Assembly: GCA_020029475.1 (NCBI GenBank)
Contig: JAIBJG010000020.1
Span: forward strand, 18,114 to 42,113
Source: Methanobacteriota archaeon
Lineage (GTDB): Archaea > Thermoplasmatota > Thermoplasmata > RBG-16-68-12
Reading direction: 5' to 3'
DNA: 24,000 nucleotides
Made by a program: the position numbers and the translations under genes. A model generated the notes under the pieces. The model did not search any database. It saw nothing but the letters and a program-made list of their open reading frames with translations, and was not told the DNA's origin. Positions 16,788 through 23,582 of the stretch are shown piece by piece. How positions within the stretch are numbered: position 1 is the stretch's first letter; each line of letters opens with the position of its first letter.

Positions 16788-17060
16788 CTACAGAATCGAG
16801 GGCGGGAGCGAACCGACGATGCTCGGGTCGATCACGTGGATGTTCGTGGACTTCTCGGCGACCTCGCCCACGGTCCCGCCCGCGATCGGGGAGCCGCCGG
16901 GGTACGTCGCGGTCATGATCCCCGCATCCTTCCCCTGACGCTTCGCGGCGAGGACGAACGCCTCCTGGAACAGCATCTCCTCGGGGACCTTCAGGGTCAC
17001 CGCGGGCTTGTCCGCCTCGGAGATGAAGATGAACCGGAGGGTGATCGCCATGGACGCCAC
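16788..17060 (-). CDS. Ubiquitin-like protein, UFM1-like, with a C-terminal VG followed by a 7-residue tail (SLPPSIL)
   Basis: It is 90 aa from GTG 17060, or 87 aa from ATG 17051. The pattern fits a beta-grasp fold (ITLRFIFI / AVTLKVP / helix MLFQEAFVLAAKRQG / IMTATY / NIHVI). By eye it aligns with human UFM1: [21 protein letters not shown] matches TLKVPEEMLFQEAFVLAAKRQ, and ELRIIPRDRVG-SC matches NIHVIDPSIVG-SLPPSIL. It does not end in GG. Confidence 0.65.
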   Translation of the reverse strand: MASMAITLRFIFISEADKPAVTLKVPEEMLFQEAFVLAAKRQGKDAGIMTATYPGGSPIAGGTVGEVAEKSTNIHVIDPSIVGSLPPSIL

Positions 17061-17087
17061 TGGGCGCGCCCTCGAAACCCGTCCCCG

Positions 17088-17097
17088 CTTATTTAGA
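17088..17097 (-). promoter_or_regulatory. Putative TATA-like box (minus strand TCTAAATAAG) for the Ubl gene/operon
   Basis: This is the only AT-rich element in the 72-nt rhodanese-Ubl spacer. Its centre lies about 32 nt upstream of GTG 17060. It implies that the Ubl cluster is transcribed separately from the suf-JAMM-rhodanese unit. Confidence 0.4.
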
Positions 17098-17132
17098 CGT
17101 TCCCTCGCGGTTCCCTGCGGCGATTCCGTCCC

Positions 17133-17480
17133 TCAATACGGCGTGAGGCTCGGGTCCACGCGCTGGATCCACGCGTCGATCCCGCCCTCGAGGTTCTTCG
17201 CTTTCGGGAAGCCGAGCCGCCTCAGGTAGAAGACGGCCTGCTCGGAGCGGGAGCCCATCTTGCAGTACGCGACGACCTCCGCCTTCGGGTCGAGCTCACG
17301 GGCCCGCTGCGGGAGCGTCATCAGGGGGATCAGGGTCGCGCCCTCGATCCGGTTCACGGCCCACTCGTCCGGCTCCCGCACATCGAGGAGGACGACCGCA
17401 TCCCCCCGATCGAGCTTCGCCTTCAGCTCCTCCGGGGTGATCGTGAAGGACTCGCCGGTTCCCCGCCTAGACCAGGTCAA
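17133..17480 (-). CDS. Single-domain rhodanese (sulfurtransferase)
   Basis: …VVLLDVREPDEWAVNRIEGATLIP… is followed by the active-site loop YCKMGSRS (Cx5R-type), then GGIDAW. The protein is 115 aa. Its start overlaps the upstream JAMM gene by 14 nt. Confidence 0.85.
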   Translation of the reverse strand: MTWSRRGTGESFTITPEELKAKLDRGDAVVLLDVREPDEWAVNRIEGATLIPLMTLPQRARELDPKAEVVAYCKMGSRSEQAVFYLRRLGFPKAKNLEGGIDAWIQRVDPSLTPY

Positions 17481-17940
17481 TCTCCACCTCCGTGAACGCC
17501 CGCCTCCCGTCGCGGTCGTCGAGGCTCCAGGCCCGGAGGTCGACGGGCTTCCCCTTCTCCACCGCGACGACCACGTACGTGTACCAGGTGAACCCGCGGT
17601 CCACGTCGATCGCGGACGGCCGCGCGGGATGGTCAGGATGGGAATGGAAGAACCCGAGGATCTCGCGCCCGGACCCGGAGAGCTCCTTCGTCAGCCGCAG
17701 GGTCTCCGCGGGGTCCACTCGGTATCGGACGTCGCGGTCCTCCGTCTCGACGTTGCGCGTCGGTCGGAACTCGTCGATCCGACGCGGCGTCGCGTCCGGC
17801 CCCAGGAGATACCCGCACCCCTCCTCGGGGTACGTCTCCTTCCCGTGGCGCTTCATCGCGTCGACGACCGCCTTCGTGATCTGGACCGCGCCTTCGATTG
17901 GTGCGACCCCGGCGGAGCCCTTTGACGCGTCGACCTTCAT
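17467..17940 (-). CDS. Stand-alone prokaryotic JAMM/MPN+ metalloprotease (Mec+/QbsD/HvJAMM-like)
   Basis: The JAMM motif is canonical: PEEGCGYLLG (Glu) followed by GFFHSHPDHPARPSAID (HxHx7SxxD). The protein is 157 aa. A strong SD (GGGAGGGACGGG) sits directly upstream of the ATG, 37 nt after the sufS stop. Confidence 0.85.
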   Translation of the reverse strand: MKVDASKGSAGVAPIEGAVQITKAVVDAMKRHGKETYPEEGCGYLLGPDATPRRIDEFRPTRNVETEDRDVRYRVDPAETLRLTKELSGSGREILGFFHSHPDHPARPSAIDVDRGFTWYTYVVVAVEKGKPVDLRAWSLDDRDGRRAFTEVEIDLV

Positions 17941-17977
17941 CCCGTCCCTCCCATGCTCCCGAGGTCTCGCAAGGACC

Positions 17978-19225
17978 TCACGCGAAGACGTCCAGCACCT
18001 TCCGGAGGCCCGCCGCCAGGCGGTCCGCTTCCTCGGGCGTGTTGTACACGTAGAACGACGCCCGCGCGGTCGCGGGGACGTTCAACCGCTCCATGAGGGG
18101 CTGCGCGCAGTGGTGGCCGGAGCGGATCGCGATCCCCTCCACGTCCAAGATCGAGGCGATGTCGTGCGGGTGGACGTCGCCCAGGGTGAACGAGATCACG
18201 CCCCCGCGGCGGGAGGCGTCCTTCAGGCCGAACCCGTGGAACCCCTTCACGTCGGAGAGCGCGTCGAGGGCGTACTCCGTGAGCTCGACCTCGTGCTGCC
18301 GTACGTTGTCCATCCCGATCTTGTTCAGGTAGTCCACGGCGACCCCGAGCCCGATCGCCCCCGCCATGTTCGGGGTGCCGCCCTCGAACTTGAACGGGAC
18401 GTCGTTCCACTTCGCGATCCCGAGGTGGACCTCCCGGATCATCTCCCCCCCGCCCATCAGGGGCTCCATCTCCTGGAGCCGCTCCTCTTTCCCGTAGAGG
18501 ACCCCAATCCCCGTGGGCCCGAGCATCTTGTGCCCGCTGAACGCGAGGAAGTCGCAGTCGATCTTCTGGACGTCCACGGGCATGTGGGGGACGCTCTGGG
18601 CCGCGTCCACGACGCAGATCGCGCCGACCTCGTGGGCCCGCTTCGCGATCTCCTGGACGGGGTTGATCGTCCCGAGGACGTTTGAGCACTGGGTCACGGT
18701 GACGACCTTCGTCCGCTTCGTGATCATCGTGTCGTAGTCCTCCATCTTCAGGGCGCCGTCGTCGCTCATCCCGACCCACTTCATCTTCACGCCCTTCGCG
18801 TCCTGGACGAAGAACCACGGGACGTGGTTCGAGTGGTGCTCCATCACCGTGGAGACGATCTCGTCCCCCTCCCGGAGCTTCCCCTTGATCCCCCAGCCGT
18901 AAGCGATCGTGTTGATGCTCTCCGTCGTGGACTTCGTGAACGCGACCTCGTTCGGGGACCGGGCGTGGATGAACTGGGCGATCTTCTCCCGCGCGCCCTC
19001 GTACGCGCGCGTCGCCTCCTCCCCGAGCTCGTAGATCGCCCGGTGGACGTTCGCGTTGTACCGGCTGTAGAAGTCCGAGACGGAGTCGATCACGGCCTGC
19101 GGTTTCTGCGAGGTCGCCGCGCTGTCGAGGTACACGAGAGGCTTGCCGCGGACCGTGCGCGAGAGGATCGGGAAGTCCGCCCGGATCTTCTCGACGTTCA
19201 TCAGAAGCTTCGTCTTCGAGACCAT
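17978..19225 (-). CDS. sufS: Cysteine desulfurase, SufS type (PLP-dependent, class V aminotransferase)
   Basis: FLAFSGHKMLGPTGIGVLYG contains the PLP-binding Lys, and RSGHHCAQPL contains the catalytic Cys loop. The protein is 415 aa and lies within a suf cluster. Confidence 0.92.
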   Translation of the reverse strand: MVSKTKLLMNVEKIRADFPILSRTVRGKPLVYLDSAATSQKPQAVIDSVSDFYSRYNANVHRAIYELGEEATRAYEGAREKIAQFIHARSPNEVAFTKSTTESINTIAYGWGIKGKLREGDEIVSTVMEHHSNHVPWFFVQDAKGVKMKWVGMSDDGALKMEDYDTMITKRTKVVTVTQCSNVLGTINPVQEIAKRAHEVGAICVVDAAQSVPHMPVDVQKIDCDFLAFSGHKMLGPTGIGVLYGKEERLQEMEPLMGGGEMIREVHLGIAKWNDVPFKFEGGTPNMAGAIGLGVAVDYLNKIGMDNVRQHEVELTEYALDALSDVKGFHGFGLKDASRRGGVISFTLGDVHPHDIASILDVEGIAIRSGHHCAQPLMERLNVPATARASFYVYNTPEEADRLAAGLRKVLDVFA

Positions 19226-19307
19226 GGCCTCCCCTACCCGAGCGGGTTCCGCGATACGGCTCCCACCCCTTTAATCCTGCGACATGAGCGTCGTGACATC
19301 GATCTCC

Positions 19308-19748
19308 TCACTCCATGGAGATGCTCCCCTTCGATTCGAGGGCGGCCTTCAGGGTGTGCCACGAGAGGCTCGCGCACTTCACCCGGATCGGGAACTCCGA
19401 GACGCCTTGGAACACGGCGAGCTTCCCGAGGGAGTCCGGGTCCGCCTCCTTCCCCATCACGAGGTCGTGGAAGCGGTCGAAGAGGTGCTCCGCCTCGTCC
19501 TCCGTCTTCCCCTTCACGGCCTGGGTCATCATCGACGCGGATGACTTCGAGATCGCGCACCCCTGACCCTCGAAGGCGACATCCGCGATCCGGTCCCCCT
19601 CCATCCGGAGGTACACCGTGAACTGGTCCCCGCACAGCGGGTTCCGCCCGAGGGCGGTGCGGTCCGCGGGCTCGAGCTTGTGGAAGTTCCGCGGGTTCTT
19701 GCTGTGGTCCAGGATCTGCTCCTGGTACAGCGCCTTCAGGTCCGCCAT
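19308..19748 (-). CDS. sufU: SufU/IscU-like sulfur-transfer/scaffold protein
   Basis: From ATG 19748 the sequence reads MADLKALYQEQILDHSKNPRNF…NPLCGD…GQGCAISKSSASMM…IRVKCASLSW, with three conserved Cys and an Asp. The track's upstream extension to 19976 is Arg/Pro/Ser-rich shadow sequence overlapping sufD. Confidence 0.85.
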   Translation of the reverse strand: MADLKALYQEQILDHSKNPRNFHKLEPADRTALGRNPLCGDQFTVYLRMEGDRIADVAFEGQGCAISKSSASMMTQAVKGKTEDEAEHLFDRFHDLVMGKEADPDSLGKLAVFQGVSEFPIRVKCASLSWHTLKAALESKGSISME

Positions 19749-19797
19749 CAGCGCGCCTCCGTCCGACCAGACGCGATGGAGGCATCCCGCGGGACGT

Positions 19798-21153
19798 TCA
19801 TAAGGCCTCCCGCACCGCCTCGCTGTTCGGGAGGCGGGAGAGCAGGAGGACGCCAAGGGTCGCCCGCATCGCGGGGACCCGGACGAGGTCCACGACCTCG
19901 CGGGCGAAGGCGTACGTGAGGATCGCCCTCGCGGTCTCCGCGTCGATCCCCCGGGACCGAAGGTAGAACACGGCATCCTCGTCGATTTGGCCCGTCGTCG
20001 ACCCGTGTTTGCACTTCACGTCGTTCGCGTAGATCTGGAGACCGGGGATGCTGTCCACGAGCGCCTCCTTCGAGAGGAGGAGGTTCTTGTTCGTCTGGGT
20101 CGCGTTCGTCTTCTGGGCGCCCGGATGGACGATGATGTTCCCGTAGAACACGCCCCGCGCGCGGCCGTCCAGGATCCCCTTGTACAGCTCCCGGCTCGTG
20201 CACTGCGGGGTGAGGTGGTCGATCCTCGTGTGGTTGTCCACGTGCTGGTTTCCCGTGACGGAGTACAGGCCGTTCATCGCGAGCTCCCCGCCCTCCGCCG
20301 TGAACCGCTGGTTCACGTCGTTCCGCACGAGGCCCCCGCCTAGGGAGAACGAGCTGTCGGAGACGTTCGTCCCGCGGCCCTGCTCGATCTCCAGGGTCGC
20401 CAGGTGGAACGCCCGCTCGCTCTCCCGCTGGAGCTTGTAGTGGTCGAGGACGCCGCCTCCCTTCACGATCGCCTCCGTGACCGCGTTCGTCAGGTAGACG
20501 CCCGCATCGAGGCCCGCGTAGCTCTCCGTGACCGTCACCTGCCCGCCATCCTCGACGACGATCAGGTTCCGGGGATGCGCGACGGCGGGCTCCCGCTGCG
20601 CGGTGGAGACGAACAGGAGGTGGATCGGCTCCTCGACGACCTTCCCCCGGGAGACGTGGATGAACGCCCCGTCCTGGAGGAACGCCGTGTTCAGGGCGGT
20701 GAACGGGTTCGCGTCGAACCGGGCGATCCTCGAAAGGTACGGCTCGAGCTCCGTCGGGTCCTCCCGCAGGGCCTCCGCGAGGCTCCCCACCTGGACCCCG
20801 GCGGGGATGTTCCGCAGAGAAGAGAGCCGCTTCGAGTAGCGGCCGTTCACGAAGACGAGTTCGCTCCCCTCGAACTTCCCGAACACGACCGGCTCCAGTC
20901 TCTCCGCGGACAGGCCGTCCCCGGGGATCGTCACGGCGGGCGTGAACCGTCCCCTCGCGATCGGTTGGATGTTCGTGTACTTCCACATCTCGTGCTTCTG
21001 GGTGGGGAACCCGAGCTCGCGGAACTGCGCGAGGGCCTTCCTCCGCGTCTCTTGGAGCCAGCGGGGGTCGCCCGCGAAGTGCTCCCGCTCCAGGGCCTTG
21101 AAGTCCGACAGATAGGGTTCGCGGGGGTCCGCGACGTCCGGCACGGCCACCAC
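19798..21153 (-). CDS. sufD: Fe-S cluster assembly protein SufD
   Basis: The protein is 451 aa with a GTG start. The C-terminal beta-helix region …THIDHLTPQCTSRELYKGILDGRARGVFYGNIIVHPGAQKTNATQTNKNLLLS…PGLQIYANDVKCKHG is typical of SufB/SufD. Its position after sufC also fits. Confidence 0.88.
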   Translation of the reverse strand: MVAVPDVADPREPYLSDFKALEREHFAGDPRWLQETRRKALAQFRELGFPTQKHEMWKYTNIQPIARGRFTPAVTIPGDGLSAERLEPVVFGKFEGSELVFVNGRYSKRLSSLRNIPAGVQVGSLAEALREDPTELEPYLSRIARFDANPFTALNTAFLQDGAFIHVSRGKVVEEPIHLLFVSTAQREPAVAHPRNLIVVEDGGQVTVTESYAGLDAGVYLTNAVTEAIVKGGGVLDHYKLQRESERAFHLATLEIEQGRGTNVSDSSFSLGGGLVRNDVNQRFTAEGGELAMNGLYSVTGNQHVDNHTRIDHLTPQCTSRELYKGILDGRARGVFYGNIIVHPGAQKTNATQTNKNLLLSKEALVDSIPGLQIYANDVKCKHGSTTGQIDEDAVFYLRSRGIDAETARAILTYAFAREVVDLVRVPAMRATLGVLLLSRLPNSEAVREAL

Positions 21154-21156
21154 CGC

Positions 21157-21933
21157 CTACGGCCCCGCCGCCACGGGCCCGGGGGCGGCCTCGTCGACCC
21201 AGCTGTACCCGCGCTTCTCCAGCTCGAGGGCGAGCTCCCGCCCTCCCGACTTCGCGATCCGCCCGTTCACGAGGACATGGACGAAATCCGGGGTGATGTA
21301 GTTCAGGATCCGCTGGTAGTGGGTGACGACGACGATCGCGCGGTCCTTCGCGCGCATCGTGTTCACGCCGTTCGCGACGACCCGGAGGGCGTCGATGTCG
21401 AGCCCGGAGTCCGTCTCGTCGAGGACCGCGAGGCGGGGCTCGAGCACCGCCATCTGGAAGATCTCGTTCCGCTTCTTCTCCCCGCCCGAGAAGCCGTCGT
21501 TCAGGGAGCGGCCGAGGAAGCTCTCCTCGAGCCCGAGGAGCTTCATCTTCTCCGTCACGAGGCTCATGAAGTCCATCGCGTCGAGCTCTTCCTCCCCGCG
21601 GTGCCGCCGGATCGAGTTCAGCGCGGACTTCAGGAAGTACGCGTTGCCGACGCCGGGAATCTCCACGGGGTACTGGAACGCGAGGAAGAGCCCTTCCCGG
21701 GCCCGGAGCTCCGGCTTCATCGCGAGGAGGTCCTTCCCGTCGTACCGCACGGTCCCGCCTGTGACCTCATAGTTGATGCGACCCGCCAACACGTTGGCGA
21801 GGGTGCTCTTCCCGGAGCCGTTCGGGCCCATGATCGCATGGACTTCGCCGACGTTCACGGTGAGGTCGACCCCCCTCAGAATCTCCTTGTCGCCGACCTT
21901 CGCGCGCAGTCCCTTGATCTCGAGCAGTGCCAT
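21157..21933 (-). CDS. sufC: Fe-S cluster assembly ATPase SufC
   Basis: From ATG 21933, preceded by the SD GGAGGGAGGAGAG, the sequence reads MALLEIKGLRAKVGDKEILRGVDLTVNVGEVHAIMGPNGSGKSTL (Walker A). The ABC signature GFSGGEKKR and Walker B LAVLDETDSGLD follow. The track extension to 22692 lies inside sufB and was rejected. Confidence 0.93.
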   Translation of the reverse strand: MALLEIKGLRAKVGDKEILRGVDLTVNVGEVHAIMGPNGSGKSTLANVLAGRINYEVTGGTVRYDGKDLLAMKPELRAREGLFLAFQYPVEIPGVGNAYFLKSALNSIRRHRGEEELDAMDFMSLVTEKMKLLGLEESFLGRSLNDGFSGGEKKRNEIFQMAVLEPRLAVLDETDSGLDIDALRVVANGVNTMRAKDRAIVVVTHYQRILNYITPDFVHVLVNGRIAKSGGRELALELEKRGYSWVDEAAPGPVAAGP

Positions 21934-21953
21934 CTCTCCTCCCTCCGGTGGGC

Positions 21954-23402
21954 TCAGCCGACGGTCCCCTCGAGGTTCAGGCTCACCGCGAGCAGCTTCT
22001 GCGCCTCCACGGCGAACTCCATCGGCAGGTTCAGGAACACCTTCTTGCAGAAGCCGTTCACGATCATGTTCGTCGCGTCCTCCGGGGTGATCCCGCGCTG
22101 CTGGCAGTAGAAGAGCTGGTCGTCCCCGATCTTCGAGGTCGACGCCTCGTGCTCGAGCTGCGCCGTGGGCTCGTTCACCTCGATGTCCGGGAACGTGTGG
22201 GCCCCGCACTTGTCCCCGATGAGGAGGGAGTCGCACTGGGAGTAGTTCCGGGCGTTCACCGCGCCCTTGTGGATCTGGACCCGCCCCCGGTACGTGTTCT
22301 GGCCGTGGCCTGCGCTGATCCCCTTCGAGATGATTGTGCTCTTCGTGTTCTTCCCGATGTGGAGCATCTTCGTGCCCGTGTCCGCCTGCTGGCGGTTGTT
22401 CACGACCGCGACGGAGTAGAACTCGCCGACCGAGTTGTCCCCCTGGAGGATGCAGCTCGGATACTTCCAGGTGATCGCGCTCCCCGTCTCGACCTGGGTC
22501 CACGAGATCTTGGAGTTCCGTCCGAGCGCCTTCCCGCGCTTCGTGACGAAGTTGTAGATCCCGCCCTTCCCGTCCTTGTCGCCCGGGTACCAGTTCTGGA
22601 TCGTGGAGTACTTCACCTCGCCGTCGTCCAGGGCGATCAGCTCGACGACCGCGGCGTGGAGCTGGTTCTCGTCCCGCGCAGGTGCAGTGCATCCCTCGAG
22701 ATATGATACATATGCACCCTTATCCGCAATAATCAGGGTGCGTTCGAACTGCCCAGTGTTCGCCGCGTTGATCCGGAAGTACGTGGACAGCTCCATCGGA
22801 CACCGCACGCCCGGCGGGATGTATGCGAAGGACCCGTCGCTGAAGACCGCGGAGTTCAGGGCCGCGAAGAAGTTGTCGTTGAACGGCACCACGGTGCCGA
22901 GCCACTTCCGGACGAGGTCCGGGTGCTCCTTCACTGCGTCCGAGAACGAGGAGAAGATGATCCCGAGCTCATTCAGTTTCTCCTTGAACGTCGTCGCGAC
23001 GGAGACGCTGTCGAAGACCGCGTCCACGGCGACCCCCGCGAGCGCGGCCCGCTCCTGGAGGGGGATGCCGAGCTTCTCGTACATCGCCTTGATCTCCGGG
23101 TCCACCTCGTTGTAGTTCGCGGGCTTCTTCTTCGGGGCCGCGTAGTAGTACGTGTCCTGGTAGTCGATCGGGCCATAGTGGATGTTCGCCCACTTCGGCT
23201 CCTTCATCGTGAGCCAGTGCCGGTACGCGCGGAGCCGCCAGTCAAGGAGCCACCCCGGCTCGCCCTTCTTTTCGGAGATGTACCGCACGATGTCCTCGCT
23301 CAGACCCTTCGGGGCGAACTCCTCCTCGATGTCCGTGACGAACCCGTGCTTGTACTCCTGTGGAGCGGAGTACTTCTCCTCGAGTTCCGCCTTCGTGACC
23401 AT
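21954..23402 (-). CDS. sufB: Fe-S cluster assembly scaffold SufB
   Basis: The protein is 482 aa. …[49 protein letters not shown]…[26 protein letters not shown]…[21 protein letters not shown]… is highly characteristic of SufB. Confidence 0.95.
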   Translation of the reverse strand: MVTKAELEEKYSAPQEYKHGFVTDIEEEFAPKGLSEDIVRYISEKKGEPGWLLDWRLRAYRHWLTMKEPKWANIHYGPIDYQDTYYYAAPKKKPANYNEVDPEIKAMYEKLGIPLQERAALAGVAVDAVFDSVSVATTFKEKLNELGIIFSSFSDAVKEHPDLVRKWLGTVVPFNDNFFAALNSAVFSDGSFAYIPPGVRCPMELSTYFRINAANTGQFERTLIIADKGAYVSYLEGCTAPARDENQLHAAVVELIALDDGEVKYSTIQNWYPGDKDGKGGIYNFVTKRGKALGRNSKISWTQVETGSAITWKYPSCILQGDNSVGEFYSVAVVNNRQQADTGTKMLHIGKNTKSTIISKGISAGHGQNTYRGRVQIHKGAVNARNYSQCDSLLIGDKCGAHTFPDIEVNEPTAQLEHEASTSKIGDDQLFYCQQRGITPEDATNMIVNGFCKKVFLNLPMEFAVEAQKLLAVSLNLEGTVG

Positions 23403-23459
23403 GATGTGCGCTCCGAACGCGAGGGCTTAGAAATCCCTTCGCCCCGCGACACTCATTCC

Positions 23460-23480
23460 TATATAACCGCGTTATAAATA
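23460..23480. promoter_or_regulatory. AT-rich divergent promoter region (TATATAA … TTATAAATA) between sufB and the rightmost gene
   Basis: Two TATA-like boxes lie in an otherwise GC-rich 180-bp intergenic region. They sit 58-78 nt upstream of the sufB ATG, so the suf operon probably has a 5' UTR, unlike most first genes in this window. Confidence 0.35.
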
Positions 23481-23582
23481 GCTTCTGTCGCGGCTCTCCA
23501 GATGGGAACGAAGTCCTCACGGGAACCTTGGCGGGGAGGGGGAGTGTAAAGGATAAAGGACGCGCCGGACATCCCGCGGCGG

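Noticed and set aside
16788-17060. Calling the 90-aa protein a SAMP/ThiS/MoaD-type sulfur carrier or a true ubiquitin
   Set aside because: It has no C-terminal GG, since it ends …IVG-SLPPSIL. Its internal 'IAGG' lies in a position equivalent to a loop, not the C-terminus. The pattern matches UFM1 better. A sulfur-carrier function is kept only as a hypothesis in the findings.
14537-17097. Interpreting the Ubl/E2/E1/JAB cluster as a Bil-type or CBASS-associated anti-phage ubiquitin-like defence system
   Set aside because: The four-gene composition resembles Bil operons. However, the E1 and E2 sequences look specifically UBA5/UFC1-like by eye, the E1 is a minimal 253-aa domain, and no CD-NTase, effector or other defence genes are present. 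The neighbourhood is housekeeping (suf, pcm, argS, prf1) rather than a defence island. A defence role is not excluded, only less supported, and it needs profile and phylogeny checks.
19748-22706. ORFs 19748..20986 (-), 20404..22110 (+) and 21927..22706 (+), plus the N-terminal extension of the sufC ORF to 22692
   Set aside because: All overlap sufD, sufC or sufB, which have strong signatures in other frames. sufC has an SD followed by ATG at 21933, immediately after the sufB stop.
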